Source of the DNA: Candidatus Multivorans sp.
Lineage (GTDB): Bacteria > Acidobacteriota > Thermoanaerobaculia > Multivoradales > Multivoraceae
Reading direction: 5' to 3'
DNA length: 64,000 nucleotides
NCBI GenBank assembly: GCA_965224025.1
Contig: OZ245033.1
Location: forward strand, 544,001 to 608,000
Positions 42,159 to 52,369 of this stretch are shown in pieces (the first letter of the stretch is position 1; every line of letters begins with the position of its first letter). The notes below the pieces were generated by a model. It saw only the letters and a program-made list of their open reading frames with translations. It was not told where the DNA came from and searched no databases. A program made the position numbers and the translations under genes.

Positions 42159-43079
42159 TCAGGGCTTTCTCGACGCGGCACCTACGCTCGACTCGGGCAG
42201 AGTCGGCACGGTCATCGGGCCGCAGTGCCGGGCTGCCGCCGCCTCCTTGTGCTTGTGCAACATCCACCAGCTTTCGGGATGATCGCTCGGCTGGAGGAGC
42301 TTTGCGATTTCGCGCAAGCTGGGATAGCGCACGATGTTGAGGCGCGTCCAGTGAGCGTCGGCAGAGTTGAGGGCGGCGGGCACTTCGGCGGTGATGATGA
42401 GCTCACGGGGCAAGTCCGCCAGCGGGCCACCGCCCTGGTAGCGCCGGTAGGCCTCGATGCCGGTCGATCCGGGGTACGAGCCGTCGCCGTATTGTGCCTG
42501 CTCGCGAAGCTCGAGGTGGTTCATGATGTAGATCATCGTGTCGTTGGGGTCGTCCGGGCGTGACTGCCGCGTCGCTCTGATTGCCAGGGGCACGGCCACG
42601 ACAGCGTGATCCCTCGCCACTGCCGCCTCTCGATGGACGTACGCCGCCTCCAGCAACCCGCTGCCCTCGACTTTCTCCCACGCCCGCCAGCTCGGATAGT
42701 GCTTCACCACGACGATGTCCCAGTCGCAGGGGGGCCAGTGAACGTCGGGGCGTTTTCTGTTGCCACCTCTCAAGACGCTGTTGACGAGCAGGGTCTTGAC
42801 ACCGGCCTCCTCTTCGACCGGGGCGAGGGTGGAGAGATAGGCCTGGTAGGCGCCTGCCGGAGTCTTCAGAGCGCCTAACGCTGCCCCCTCCGGGTAGGCG
42901 ACGCTCTCTCGCAGCTTCACGTCCTCCAGGCGGAGGAAGGCCTCGTCGCCGTGATGCTCGACCAGACGCGCGCCCAGCTCGGTCCGGGGTGCGTCTTGCG
43001 CCGCGGCACCGCCAACGGCGGCTGCAGAAGCGAGCACTCCTGCAACCATCGCAGCCATCAACAAAGATCGGCGGTCCAT
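42159..43079 (-). CDS. Exported protein with two DUF1330-like domains
   Basis: MDRRSLL signal; two repeats of G..AY..Y / W....V.YPS / HREAA-HKEAA. Confidence 0.65.
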   Translation of the reverse strand: MDRRSLLMAAMVAGVLASAAAVGGAAAQDAPRTELGARLVEHHGDEAFLRLEDVKLRESVAYPEGAALGALKTPAGAYQAYLSTLAPVEEEAGVKTLLVNSVLRGGNRKRPDVHWPPCDWDIVVVKHYPSWRAWEKVEGSGLLEAAYVHREAAVARDHAVVAVPLAIRATRQSRPDDPNDTMIYIMNHLELREQAQYGDGSYPGSTGIEAYRRYQGGGPLADLPRELIITAEVPAALNSADAHWTRLNIVRYPSLREIAKLLQPSDHPESWWMLHKHKEAAAARHCGPMTVPTLPESSVGAASRKP

Positions 43080-44106
43080 TTTCGACTCCTGAGTCAAATG
43101 GTCTTAGGCCAAACGGGATCGTATCCGGAACAACGGCCATCAGCGTCGGCATCACGTCGAAATAGTTGAGCAGCGCCGAGATCGAGCCACCGCCACTCAC
43201 CCCGCCAGCGGGCCAACGAGCCGCCGCCGCGACCCGGATGCCGCCTTCGAAGACACTGCCGCGCACTGGGACCTTCACCTCCGTGAAATCAAAGGCGTCG
43301 GTCGAGCGTTGTACCTGCAGCGCAGAGCGAGAGGAGCCCCATCGGTGATCTGGAAGTGGAACGCCTTGCTACTCGTGGCCTCAGTCGCAGTTCCGGGAGC
43401 GACCGCCCAGGAGGACGGCGGATCCCAGCCGGCCCCAGTGGATCGCTTCGAGGAAGAGATCCTGGTCATGGGGAAGCCCCCTGGGCCGCCCCTTTGGAAG
43501 GTCACCAAGGGTGACCACGTCCTGTGGATCCTGGGCTATCCAGAATGGGTGCCGGACGATCTTCTCTGGCAGTCGGACCTCGTCGAATCCGTGCTGGCCC
43601 GCTCCAGCGAGTACCTTACGTCCCCAGACGTGCGCGTAACGACGTCGAACCCGGTGAAGATCAGGCGGGCACTCAAGCAGTACAGGCGCACACGACGAAT
43701 CCCGGACCGCGGAACCCTGGAGTACCTGCTGCCAGAGGACCCGTACCAGCTCTTCTTGGAGACCAGACGAGAATACGCGCCGAAGCGAGACGATCTCGAG
43801 AGCTTGCGGCCTAGCGTCGCGGCCAAGGAACTCTTCGACTCCGCGGCCGAATCCGCAGGCCTGGAGCCGGGCCGCTCGATTCATCGAGCAATCGAGAAGA
43901 GAGCCAGGAAGCACAACGTCAAGGAGGTGCCAACGGTACTGTCCGAGCGCTACAAGGATTCGAATCTCCTCGATTCGATGCAGGAAATGTCGGCCGGTGC
44001 GGAGCAGAGCTGTCTGCAGGCACGTCTTCAAGGGCTCGATGCCCAACTCAAGGTGCACACGCGTCTTGCAACTGCCTGGGCAGAAGGCGGTCTAGCCTCG
44101 CTTAGA

Positions 44107-46073
44107 CCGAAGTTCTGAGCTTCAAGTCGTGAAATCGCCTGTAGTGGTGGGCGTTTTCAGTTGTTCGGCGGTGTCTTGTACTGGGTACGTCGGCTTCAGG
44201 GGCGGATGCCGAGTAGTTTGAAGGCTTCGTTCTGGAGTGGAGTGGGCCGTGCGAGGACGTCGGCTGTGGAGTCGGCGTCGCCGTGCATCCGCACCCGGTT
44301 TCGGGTCAGCGTGGCCAGGTCGGCGAGCAAGGTCTGGAAGCTGTGGACGGGGAGTCCGTCGGGGGTCCTCCGGGAGTTGGCCTTGGCCATTGCCTCGGGC
44401 GACCTGCGCGCGGGATCGACTGGCGACTCGCGTTGGTCGTCGCGGCGTTGGTCGTCGAAGAGGATGGGCGCCAGGGTCCGGCGCATGTGCCACTCGACGT
44501 AGTAGGCGAGCATGCAGAGGAAGACGTGGGCGCGCACCCTCGAGGCCGGGCGATGGTGGACGGGGCGCACTTTGAGGTCGACGCTCTTGAAGGAGCGGAA
44601 GGCGCGTTCGACGCGGCTGAGGCTCTTGTAGGCGCGGACCGCATCGGCTGCCGGCAGTTCGTTTTCGGGGACGTTGGTGCGGATGACGTAGAAGCCGTCG
44701 AGAGCGGCTTCCTCGGCGATGCGCGCCTCGTTGCGGCGGTATTGGAAGCCGTCCTCTTCGATCTCGACCTCGAAGTGCTTGCCGACCTTGTAGGCGCCCC
44801 GGGCGCGGTCCGCGCGCACGGCGATGGCGTCCTTGCCGCGCAGGGGGTTCTTCTTGCGCCGCGTCGCCGCAACGACGGCGTCGAGCTTGCGCTCGGTGGC
44901 TTCGAGAAGCTCCTGGCGCTTGCGGCCGCGTTCCTCCGCCAGAAGCGGGTTCCGGCACACCACGAGGCGCTCCTTCGGGTACAGCTCCGGGACCCTGATC
45001 TCGGCCATCTTCCGCTGGTCGAAGAGCGACAGTTGCAGGTGGCCTTCCTGGGCCAGCGTCCTGATCGCCGGCGCGCGCAGGGCGCTGATCCAGGACAGGC
45101 CCGCGGGGTCGAGGTCCTCGCGGATGCGCGCGTCGGTGATCAGGCCCCGGTCTGAGATCATCACGATCCTCTCCAGCGAGAAGCGGTCGCGGAGCTTCTG
45201 CACCTGGGCGTTCAGGGTCGTCGGATCGGCCGTGTTGCCCTCGAATACCTCGACCGCGACCGGGCATCCGTCCCGGCTGCAGAGCAAGCCGAAGACGATC
45301 TGGACCTTGCCTCTCTTCTTGTCCCTGGAGTAGCCGTGCCTGGCCAGCGTGCACTTCCTGCCCTCAAAGTAGACCGAGGTCACGTCGCAGAGCACCAGCG
45401 AGCCGTCTTCCAGATGCCGCCGGGCAAGAGTCCGCTCGATGCGCGGCTGTCTTTCGAGCAGCCAGTCCATGGCGCCGTAGAGTTCGTCGGCCGAGGCCTC
45501 CTGCACGCCGAGTTCCTCGCCGAGGGTGTGGCTCATGGTCTCGCTTGCGAGTCCGCGGGCGGTGGCGAGCTTGGATCGCGGCTCGAGGATGCGGGCCGCG
45601 ATCATGGCCAGCGCCAGCGCCCGCTCGCGCGAGGGCCGTCGATCGAGGAGCCGTTCGAGGCCGAGGCTTCGGGCCGCGCCGAGGACGGCGGCGACGTGGC
45701 CGTGCGGTCTGGCGCGCAGGATCTCGAAGGCTGCCTCGAGCGAAGGCAGGGCGACTCCTCCCTTGAGCAGGGTTCTGAGTCCTTCGACGAGTTGGTCGGG
45801 CCACTTGGAGAGGTTGGCGAGAGTGCGTTTCTTGACCTTTCCGTCCTGTCGGTAGGACTCTCTCAGCAGGACGGCTGGTGGTGAGTTTCGGTTGGGTACC
45901 CGTTCGATGTACATGGCTTCTCATTGTAGACGAAACCATTCAGAATGTCTACATGCCACGAGATCATTACATGGCTACGAATGGCGGAAAACAGGGGCGG
46001 CCCAACACCCGAAAACCCAAGCACTGCAACGCCTCTCGACGACGAGGAGGCCCCAGGAGCCTCAGAACTTCGG
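44107..46073 (-). mobile_element. IS1634-family element, 13-bp IRs, 6-bp TSD CTTAGA
   Basis: CCGAAGTTCTGAG (44107-44119) / CTCAGAACTTCGG (46061-46073); CTTAGA at 44101-44106 and 46074-46079. Confidence 0.93.
44196..45914 (-). CDS. IS1634-family DDE transposase
   Basis: LLRESYR, DVTSVYFEG, GYSRD, SDRG, YKSLSRVERAFR. Confidence 0.94.
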   Translation of the reverse strand: MYIERVPNRNSPPAVLLRESYRQDGKVKKRTLANLSKWPDQLVEGLRTLLKGGVALPSLEAAFEILRARPHGHVAAVLGAARSLGLERLLDRRPSRERALALAMIAARILEPRSKLATARGLASETMSHTLGEELGVQEASADELYGAMDWLLERQPRIERTLARRHLEDGSLVLCDVTSVYFEGRKCTLARHGYSRDKKRGKVQIVFGLLCSRDGCPVAVEVFEGNTADPTTLNAQVQKLRDRFSLERIVMISDRGLITDARIREDLDPAGLSWISALRAPAIRTLAQEGHLQLSLFDQRKMAEIRVPELYPKERLVVCRNPLLAEERGRKRQELLEATERKLDAVVAATRRKKNPLRGKDAIAVRADRARGAYKVGKHFEVEIEEDGFQYRRNEARIAEEAALDGFYVIRTNVPENELPAADAVRAYKSLSRVERAFRSFKSVDLKVRPVHHRPASRVRAHVFLCMLAYYVEWHMRRTLAPILFDDQRRDDQRESPVDPARRSPEAMAKANSRRTPDGLPVHSFQTLLADLATLTRNRVRMHGDADSTADVLARPTPLQNEAFKLLGIRP

Positions 46074-46339
46074 CTTAGAGCCCATCCAGGCGATTCGGCC
46101 ACAGAGGCCTGCGATCCGAGGCGACTCGCCCTCCACCCGGAGGAGCTGAGCCAGATGGAGTCGCGGAGCTGGGCGCTCTGGCTCGAGAACGCCGATCGGG
46201 CGTTGAGCAACAACGACTCCACTTTCGCCATCCTGCCTCTCAGGGACCTGCTCCGGCCCGACGGACTCCTGTCGCGGCTCCGAGAGAGAGGCTATGACGT
46301 CCTGGAGCCGGACGAAATCCCTCCAGAGCGGCAGGAAGG

Positions 46340-47026
46340 CTAAGCCCTCAGATCGATGGGCTCCTGCTTCACGATCTTCCGGCAGATCGTGAGGCAAGGC
46401 TGAAAGCTGTCCCGCCCCGTCAAGCGCTCGACGAGCCCGGCCACTCCGGGCCACCGCGACGCGTCGAGCGGCCCGGCGACGAGCTCGAGCTGAGCGAGCT
46501 GACACGCGAGCGAGATATCCGCGATCGTGAGCGCGTCTCCAACCAGGAACGGCCCGTCGCCGATTTCGCCCTCGAGATAGTCGAGGCGCCGTGGAAGCCG
46601 CTCCGCATACGTCTTCCTGGCCGTGTCTACATCGGGCTCCTTGCCCATGAAGCGGTTGAACTGGATCGGGCGGAAGATCCCGAGGCCGAGCACAACCGCC
46701 AGCTCCGTGTCGCAATACTCCTCCAGCCAGACCGCGCGGCCGCGTTCGTAGGGGTCCGCCGGATAGAACGCGGGCTCCGGGAACTTCTGCTCGATGTAGG
46801 CGCAGATCGCGGACGAATCGGGGATCGTGCCGGGCGGGCCTTCCTCGCCGACATCCGTATCGCGCAACACCGGAATGCGACGCGCCGGACTGATCTCCTT
46901 GAACCACTCCGGCATCGGCATGATGTTGACGCTCTCGAGTTCGAAGGGCGCCCCCTTCTCACGCAGCAGGGCATCCGCCTTTCGAACGAAGGGAGAGAGG
47001 GGGGCTCCGTAGAGGATGAGGCTCAT
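46340..47026 (-). CDS. Glutathione S-transferase
   Basis: SPFVRK, SP..RIPVL, DSSAI, FLVGDALTIADI. Confidence 0.92.
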   Translation of the reverse strand: MSLILYGAPLSPFVRKADALLREKGAPFELESVNIMPMPEWFKEISPARRIPVLRDTDVGEEGPPGTIPDSSAICAYIEQKFPEPAFYPADPYERGRAVWLEEYCDTELAVVLGLGIFRPIQFNRFMGKEPDVDTARKTYAERLPRRLDYLEGEIGDGPFLVGDALTIADISLACQLAQLELVAGPLDASRWPGVAGLVERLTGRDSFQPCLTICRKIVKQEPIDLRA

Positions 47027-47045
47027 CTTGACTCTGATTTAGCGG

Positions 47046-48239
47046 CTACCGACCCGGCATCACCAGCGGTTCGATCGGCGCCTTGAGCACGACCGTCTCT
47101 TCCTTCGGCACGTAGCAGACCGTCTCGCTGCAGGCCTGGTAGACCACGTTGACCGGAATCTCGATCGAGGTCGGCTTGTCCCTGATCGGCCAGTCGAGAA
47201 TCTCGGAGCCGAGGGCGATTGGAATGGCAACGTCGGTCGTGCCGGCGTCGTACACGTTGAGAGCCACGCCGAGTTCCGGGAACTCGCGCTCAGCGGTCGG
47301 CGGGTAGACCGGCTCGCCTGTCCTCACCCCCTTTGTCGGCGCGACGGTCGCCGTCGATGCGATGAAGCCGTCGGGCAGGGGGTCGGCGTAGATGTGGTAG
47401 CCGTCGGCGACCTCGAACCGCACGTGGAGGGTGCTCGAGTACTCGAACTTGAGCGCCTCGTCGGCGAGGAAGACGGACACCTCGACGTGCTCGTCGCCCA
47501 GTTCGGCGGCCGGCACCTCGTGCTTGGCGAGGATGCGTCCGATCGCGCTGTCGCGAATCGTCCCGGCCGAAGTGCGCGTCGCGTAGTGGCGGTGGAAGAA
47601 CTTCTCGGACACCCGGCCGTCACGGTCGACGACGTAGACGCCGGGGAAGGGAATGCCGTAGAACCCCCGCTCCGTGGCGCGGTTGAACACGTCCGCGTCG
47701 GGGTCGATCGTCGTGTTCAGGATGCCGAAGCGCTTGATTACCGCGGAGTCGTAGTCGGAAAGCAGGTCATAGGTGATGGCCTGCTGCTCGGCGAAGGCCT
47801 TCAGGTGCTCCTGTGAGTCGTAGCTGACGCCGTATACCTTGATGCCCTCGGCGTCGAAGAGCGAGATGTTCTCTTGCAGCTCGACCAGCTGCGTGCGGCA
47901 GTACGGTCACCAGACGGCGGAGCGATAGAAGACGACGATCGCCTTCGAGTCGCCCCGATGCGCATGGAAGTCGACGGCTTCGCCGTTCTGGTTCGGCAGC
48001 TCGAACTCGGGCAGGCGCTCGCCGATGGCGGGACCGGTCGGGAACTCATGTTCCGCCGGATAGCGCCGGCCCGGGTGGCTCGCCGGCACCGGCACCGTGA
48101 TGCCGAGATCGTCCTTCCGCGCTTCGGGCGCCAGGTTCTCGTGCGCTGCTTTCACCTTCTTCTCTCCCTCCTCGGCGAACGCCGGGACGGCCAGGAACAT
48201 CGGGACAAGGGCGAGCAAGGCAAGTCGGACTCTCTTCAT
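47046..48239 (-). CDS. Exported selenoprotein: AhpC/TSA (peroxiredoxin-like) domain with UxxC plus C-terminal DsbD-N-like domain
   Basis: VFYRSAVW-TGA(47907-47909)-PYCRTQLVELQ continues in frame into ORF 47046..47690; VSYD, LLSD, YQACSETVC. Confidence 0.85.
47876..47906 (-). promoter_or_regulatory. Bacterial SECIS-like hairpin
   Basis: GCAGCT-GGTCG-AGCTGC with a G-containing apical loop starting 20 nt after the UGA. Confidence 0.7.
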
Positions 48240-48342
48240 GAGTCGAACGCTCCCTCTGACTGTGGTTTCGCGTATGGGGATTCGCGGTCAGCGACGGTAA
48301 CAGTTGATGCCCCTGAGCATCAACGGGCACTCGAGCTCGAGC

Positions 48343-48822
48343 TCAGGCGCCGCCGGTCTGGACCACGGCGTAGTTGACCTGCCCTTCCAGGCCGGCGGCC
48401 CGATGGTGGTGGATCGCCTGATACTCCTCTGACTGAGACATCTGGATCAGCGCCATGGGGTTGGGATACTCGACAAGCGCGACACGGTCCCAGTCGCCCC
48501 CGCCGATGAGACACACCCTGGCTTCGCCGGAGAAGATCAGCCGGGCGCCGATCTTCCGGAGGATCAGCCCTACCTCTCGGCCGTACTCGTTGTAGTGCTC
48601 GCGCCCCCCGTCGGGCTTGAACTTCAGCAGGTTCACCATCACGATCGGCTCGTCGGGCAAAGCCAGGAAGGCCTGGGCCTGCTCCGGGGTCGGCCCCATC
48701 GCGTTGATCTCGTGGGCTCGGGCTGCCCCGGTGCTTCCGAGTAACGAAGTCGCGACCGCGGCGCCGGTGGCCAGGCCGGTCGTCTTGAGTACGTCGCGGC
48801 GTGAGGTGCTGGAATCGGTCAT
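48343..48822 (-). CDS. DUF1330-family protein with Tat signal
   Basis: SRRDVLK; IVMVNLLKFK, WDRVALVEYP, YQAIHHHRAAGL. Confidence 0.8.
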   Translation of the reverse strand: MTDSSTSRRDVLKTTGLATGAAVATSLLGSTGAARAHEINAMGPTPEQAQAFLALPDEPIVMVNLLKFKPDGGREHYNEYGREVGLILRKIGARLIFSGEARVCLIGGGDWDRVALVEYPNPMALIQMSQSEEYQAIHHHRAAGLEGQVNYAVVQTGGA

Positions 48823-49232
48823 CTGCGTTCCTCCTCCTTGGGGTGTTTCTGCCTAGTATCGCGAGCGCTAGGCTACCCCTTCGGTACCACCGTGAAGGAA
48901 GAGATCATGGGGCAACGCGCCGACATGACCCGACGCGGCCTGGTCACTCTCGGGCTCGCGATTGCCCGCGGATAGCGTCCCAGATCTCGTGCTGCTTCGC
49001 TCCTGAGAACGCTTCCTGCACGGCTTGGGCGAGCCCGGGGTGTCACGAGTGATCCCTGCCCGCTTCTCCCTGCTCGATCGGCTGGCTTCAATCTCGGACT
49101 CGGCCCGCCTGCTACGGTTCGAGAAAATGGAGAACGTCGAAGCCGCGAACCAGCGCGCCGCAAAGTCGAAGCAGCGCCGCGATCAGCTGACCTATCGGGC
49201 GCTCTTCGACCTGCCTTCCAAATCGTCCGAAC

Positions 49233-49589
49233 ATGAAACTGCCGAACGTTGACCAGGCGACCGTCGATGAATCGAAGGTGGTCGAATACCTGCTCTCTAC
49301 AAGCCACCCTGAGGGTCAAAGCAAGGCGGCGTTCTTCTCGATGTTCGGGTTCCGCGCGCATCGCTGGAAGACACTCGCACGGGCGCTGCGCGACCACGGG
49401 GCCGCCGGCGAGGTCACCGATGTGTCCGGGTCGCACTACGGCACGAGGTACAACGTGGACGGCCTTATCGAGACCCCAAACGGCCGTAAACCCCGAGTGC
49501 GAACCGTCTGGATCGTTGACAGCGAACGAGGTGCTCCGCGCCTCGTGACCGCCTATCCGTTGAGGAGACGAAATGCTCGCAGAACATGA
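49233..49589 (+). CDS. DUF6883-like protein
   Basis: KVVEYLL..HPEGQSKA.FF..GF, RTVWIVD..PRLVTAYP. Confidence 0.75.
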   Translation: MKLPNVDQATVDESKVVEYLLSTSHPEGQSKAAFFSMFGFRAHRWKTLARALRDHGAAGEVTDVSGSHYGTRYNVDGLIETPNGRKPRVRTVWIVDSERGAPRLVTAYPLRRRNARRT

Positions 49590-49806
49590 CCGGATCGTGC
49601 TCACGGAGGACCTTCGGAATGGCCGCCTGAAGGACGGAGATGTCGGCACGATCGTGCACGTTCACCGTGACGGCGAAGCCTTTGAGGTGGAGTTCCTGGC
49701 CCTGGACGGCAACACCGCCGGGGTGGCGACCGTGCCGGCATCGAGGCTCCGTCCCGTGACGGCTACCGACCTCACCCATGCGCGAGTGTTGAAGAAGGTC
49801 GGCTGA
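49573..49806 (+). CDS. DUF4926 protein
   Basis: EHDRIVLTEDL..GDVGTIVHV..FEVEF..DG.T; GAGGAG RBS. Confidence 0.82.
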   Translation: MLAEHDRIVLTEDLRNGRLKDGDVGTIVHVHRDGEAFEVEFLALDGNTAGVATVPASRLRPVTATDLTHARVLKKVG

Positions 49807-49821
49807 CTGCGGCGCAGACCC

Positions 49822-50979
49822 CTACCGTGACAAATGCCGGTCGAAGAAGCGCACGATCACCTCGTGCACTTCGTCCGACTCGGGCAGGCGCGGGTTGAAC
49901 GCGAAGGTCGCGTGCCCGAGGCCTTCCCACACGTGCAGGTCGGCCTCGACGCCCAAGCTGACCAGCTTGTTGTGGCTGGCCAGAACCCCACCGAGGGCGA
50001 AGTCGCGGGTGCCGCTGATCAAGAGCGCTGGCGGGAAGCGGGCGAGCAGGTCGTCGTGGTCGCCGGGCGCGACGACGGGGTCGCCGGCCTCCACGCCCCG
50101 GAAGTAGCCGCTCGGCTGGGGCGGCTCCGCCGGCTCGACAGGCCGCGGGAAGCCGCCTAACGCGGACACCAGGAAGGCGCTTTCGCTGCGGCCCATCTTG
50201 AAGACGCCGGGGGTGCCGCCGTCGGTCGTCGGTATCCCGGCGCAGAACAGGCCAATCGCGCCCGGCAGCGGCAGGTCGTGCTCAAGAATGTACGCGACCG
50301 TTTGCGCCGTGAGCATCGCGCCTGCCGAGCAGCCGTAGATGCCGATGCTGGAGGCCTCGTAGTCTTCGAGCATCGCCCGGTAGACCGCGATGACGTCTTC
50401 GACGCCGGCCGGATGGGTGGCCTCCGGCGCCATCCGGTAGTCGGGGCTGATCACCTTGAAGCCGCCGATGTCGGCGACCTGCATCGCCTCGGTATGGCTG
50501 AAGTAGCGGGCGCCGACCCGGAAGCCGCCGCCGTGAATGCTGATCAGCAGCCGGCCCTCGTTCTCTTCGGCGACGCCCCGCTCGGGGACGAACACCTCGG
50601 TGTAGACATCCGCGATCGTCTCCGCGGTGATCGCCACCGGGTGCTTGGCGAGGGTGTCCCTGTAGATCGCCGTCTCGTAGTACTCCTCCGCAACGCACTG
50701 GCGCGCGGCGCGAATCGCCTCTGGATCGTCGGCCACGTCGTTCAGGTTCGCGCAGCCCTCGGAGAAGGTGCCGAACGCCGGTCCGTAGACATCGCGAAAG
50801 TGCTTCATCGCCGCCCGCGACTCCTCGCTGAAGTAGGAGGTCTCCGGCAGGTCGAACGCCGGGACGTGGACCGTGCCGTCGGCTTCCACGCGCGGTCGCT
50901 CGTCCTGGGCGGCCGATTCCGAGCAGGACAGGGCGCCCACGGCAAGGGCGGCGGCGATCAGGCCGAGTTGAGTGCGCAT
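49822..50979 (-). CDS. HSL-family esterase/lipase (alpha/beta hydrolase), exported
   Basis: HGGGF, DYRMAPE, GCSAG, GTRD, EGLGH. Confidence 0.9.
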   Translation of the reverse strand: MRTQLGLIAAALAVGALSCSESAAQDERPRVEADGTVHVPAFDLPETSYFSEESRAAMKHFRDVYGPAFGTFSEGCANLNDVADDPEAIRAARQCVAEEYYETAIYRDTLAKHPVAITAETIADVYTEVFVPERGVAEENEGRLLISIHGGGFRVGARYFSHTEAMQVADIGGFKVISPDYRMAPEATHPAGVEDVIAVYRAMLEDYEASSIGIYGCSAGAMLTAQTVAYILEHDLPLPGAIGLFCAGIPTTDGGTPGVFKMGRSESAFLVSALGGFPRPVEPAEPPQPSGYFRGVEAGDPVVAPGDHDDLLARFPPALLISGTRDFALGGVLASHNKLVSLGVEADLHVWEGLGHATFAFNPRLPESDEVHEVIVRFFDRHLSR

Positions 50980-51001
50980 GACGGAGAGTCTAGGGGCTTG
51001 C

Positions 51002-52228
51002 TCAAGGTTCCTGGGTCAGAAACCACGGCAGGACCCTGAAGCCCTTCAGGTCGAAGCTGCCGGCTCCGCCGTGAACCAGAACGCCGCCCCGGTTGGGATT
51101 CGTTGGAATCGAGGTCCACCATTCGAGGGCTGCAACGGCGTCCGCGGCCACGGTGCGGCCCGACTTGACTTCGATCGGAATCAGGCGATCGCCGGCATCG
51201 AGAAGAACATCGATCTCGTGCCCGGCGGCATCTCGCCAGAAGAACAGCGGCGAATCGCGGCGCGTCGCCGAGAACGCCTTGACGAGCTCCGCTACGACGA
51301 AGGACTCGAAGATCGGACCGCGCAGCGGATGGCTCTCGAGCGTCACGCCGTCCCGAATCCCAAGCAGGTAGCAGATAAGGCCCGTATCGAGGAAGTGCAG
51401 CCGTGGACGCTTGCGGAGGCGTTTTCGATAGTTGGCGTGATGGGGAGGAAGCGCGGTAGCCAGGTAGCCGATTTCAAGCGCGTTGAACCAGCGGCGAACG
51501 GTCTGCTGCGTCACGCCGACGTCGCCAGCCAGGCCGCTCAGGTTGAGTTCGGACGCCGTACGAGCAGCCGCCAGCCGCATGAACGTCTCGAACTGCCGCA
51601 GATCGAGCACCTGCGTCACTTCGCGCAGGTCGCGCTCGACGTAGGTACGGAAGTAGTCGGCCAACCACTCGCCGGCCGGGACGCCGCGGTCGTGGATCGG
51701 CGGAAAGAAGCCCGTGACCAGGGTGTCCCAGAGCGCATCCTCGGCCAGCGGCCTGGCCGCGGATGCGTTCGTCCCGCTGTCGCCGTCGGCCGGACGATCC
51801 AGGCTCAGCGGTTCGAGCGCCGGCAGGCCGCGCAACTCCGCCAGCGAGAACGGGTGCAGGACGAGCAACGCCGTCCTGCCCGCCAGCGTCTGCGAAACCG
51901 ACCTGAGAAGGAGGATGTTCTGCGATCCGGTCACGATGAACCGGCCCGCGCGAAGGTCGTCATCGACGAGGCCCTGTACGTAGGAAAGCAGCTCGGGCGC
52001 TCGCTGGATCTCATCGAGGATCATGCGGTCCGCCTGAGCCAGGAAGGCGCGCGGATCCGCGAGGGCCCGCGCGCGCACGTCCGGTGATTCAAGCGACATG
52101 TAGGCGTGTTCGGGGAAGACGGCTCGCACCAAGGTCGTCTTCCCCGACTGCCGCGGCCCGGTCAGCGTCACGACGGGATAGTCCTCCGCGGCGCGTTTCA
52201 ACGCGGGCGTAATGTGTCGGGAGATCAT
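51002..52228 (-). CDS. AAA+ ATPase with DUF4143 domain
   Basis: GPRQSGKTT, ILDEIQR, TGS, DTGL, EIDVLL..IEVKSG. Confidence 0.9.
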   Translation of the reverse strand: MISRHITPALKRAAEDYPVVTLTGPRQSGKTTLVRAVFPEHAYMSLESPDVRARALADPRAFLAQADRMILDEIQRAPELLSYVQGLVDDDLRAGRFIVTGSQNILLLRSVSQTLAGRTALLVLHPFSLAELRGLPALEPLSLDRPADGDSGTNASAARPLAEDALWDTLVTGFFPPIHDRGVPAGEWLADYFRTYVERDLREVTQVLDLRQFETFMRLAAARTASELNLSGLAGDVGVTQQTVRRWFNALEIGYLATALPPHHANYRKRLRKRPRLHFLDTGLICYLLGIRDGVTLESHPLRGPIFESFVVAELVKAFSATRRDSPLFFWRDAAGHEIDVLLDAGDRLIPIEVKSGRTVAADAVAALEWWTSIPTNPNRGGVLVHGGAGSFDLKGFRVLPWFLTQEP

Positions 52229-52369
52229 GGGGCAGGAGAAGTCTGCTTCGCTGTGCTGTTCATGTCAAGTCGGTGATCGCATCATCGAAATGACACGGCC
52301 GCGCGGCGCCCCCGAAACGACCACGGAGGCGTCCTGCCCTCTTGCCGTCCTGCCCTCTTGCCGTAGCTG

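Larger units (their letters stand above)
43345..46343 (+). pseudogene. TraB/GumN family protein split by an IS1634 element
   Basis: PGPPLWKVTKGDHVLWILG...AWAEG; after IS removal SLR-AHPGD...TFAILPLRDLL..DGLLSRLRERGY is in frame. Confidence 0.88.
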
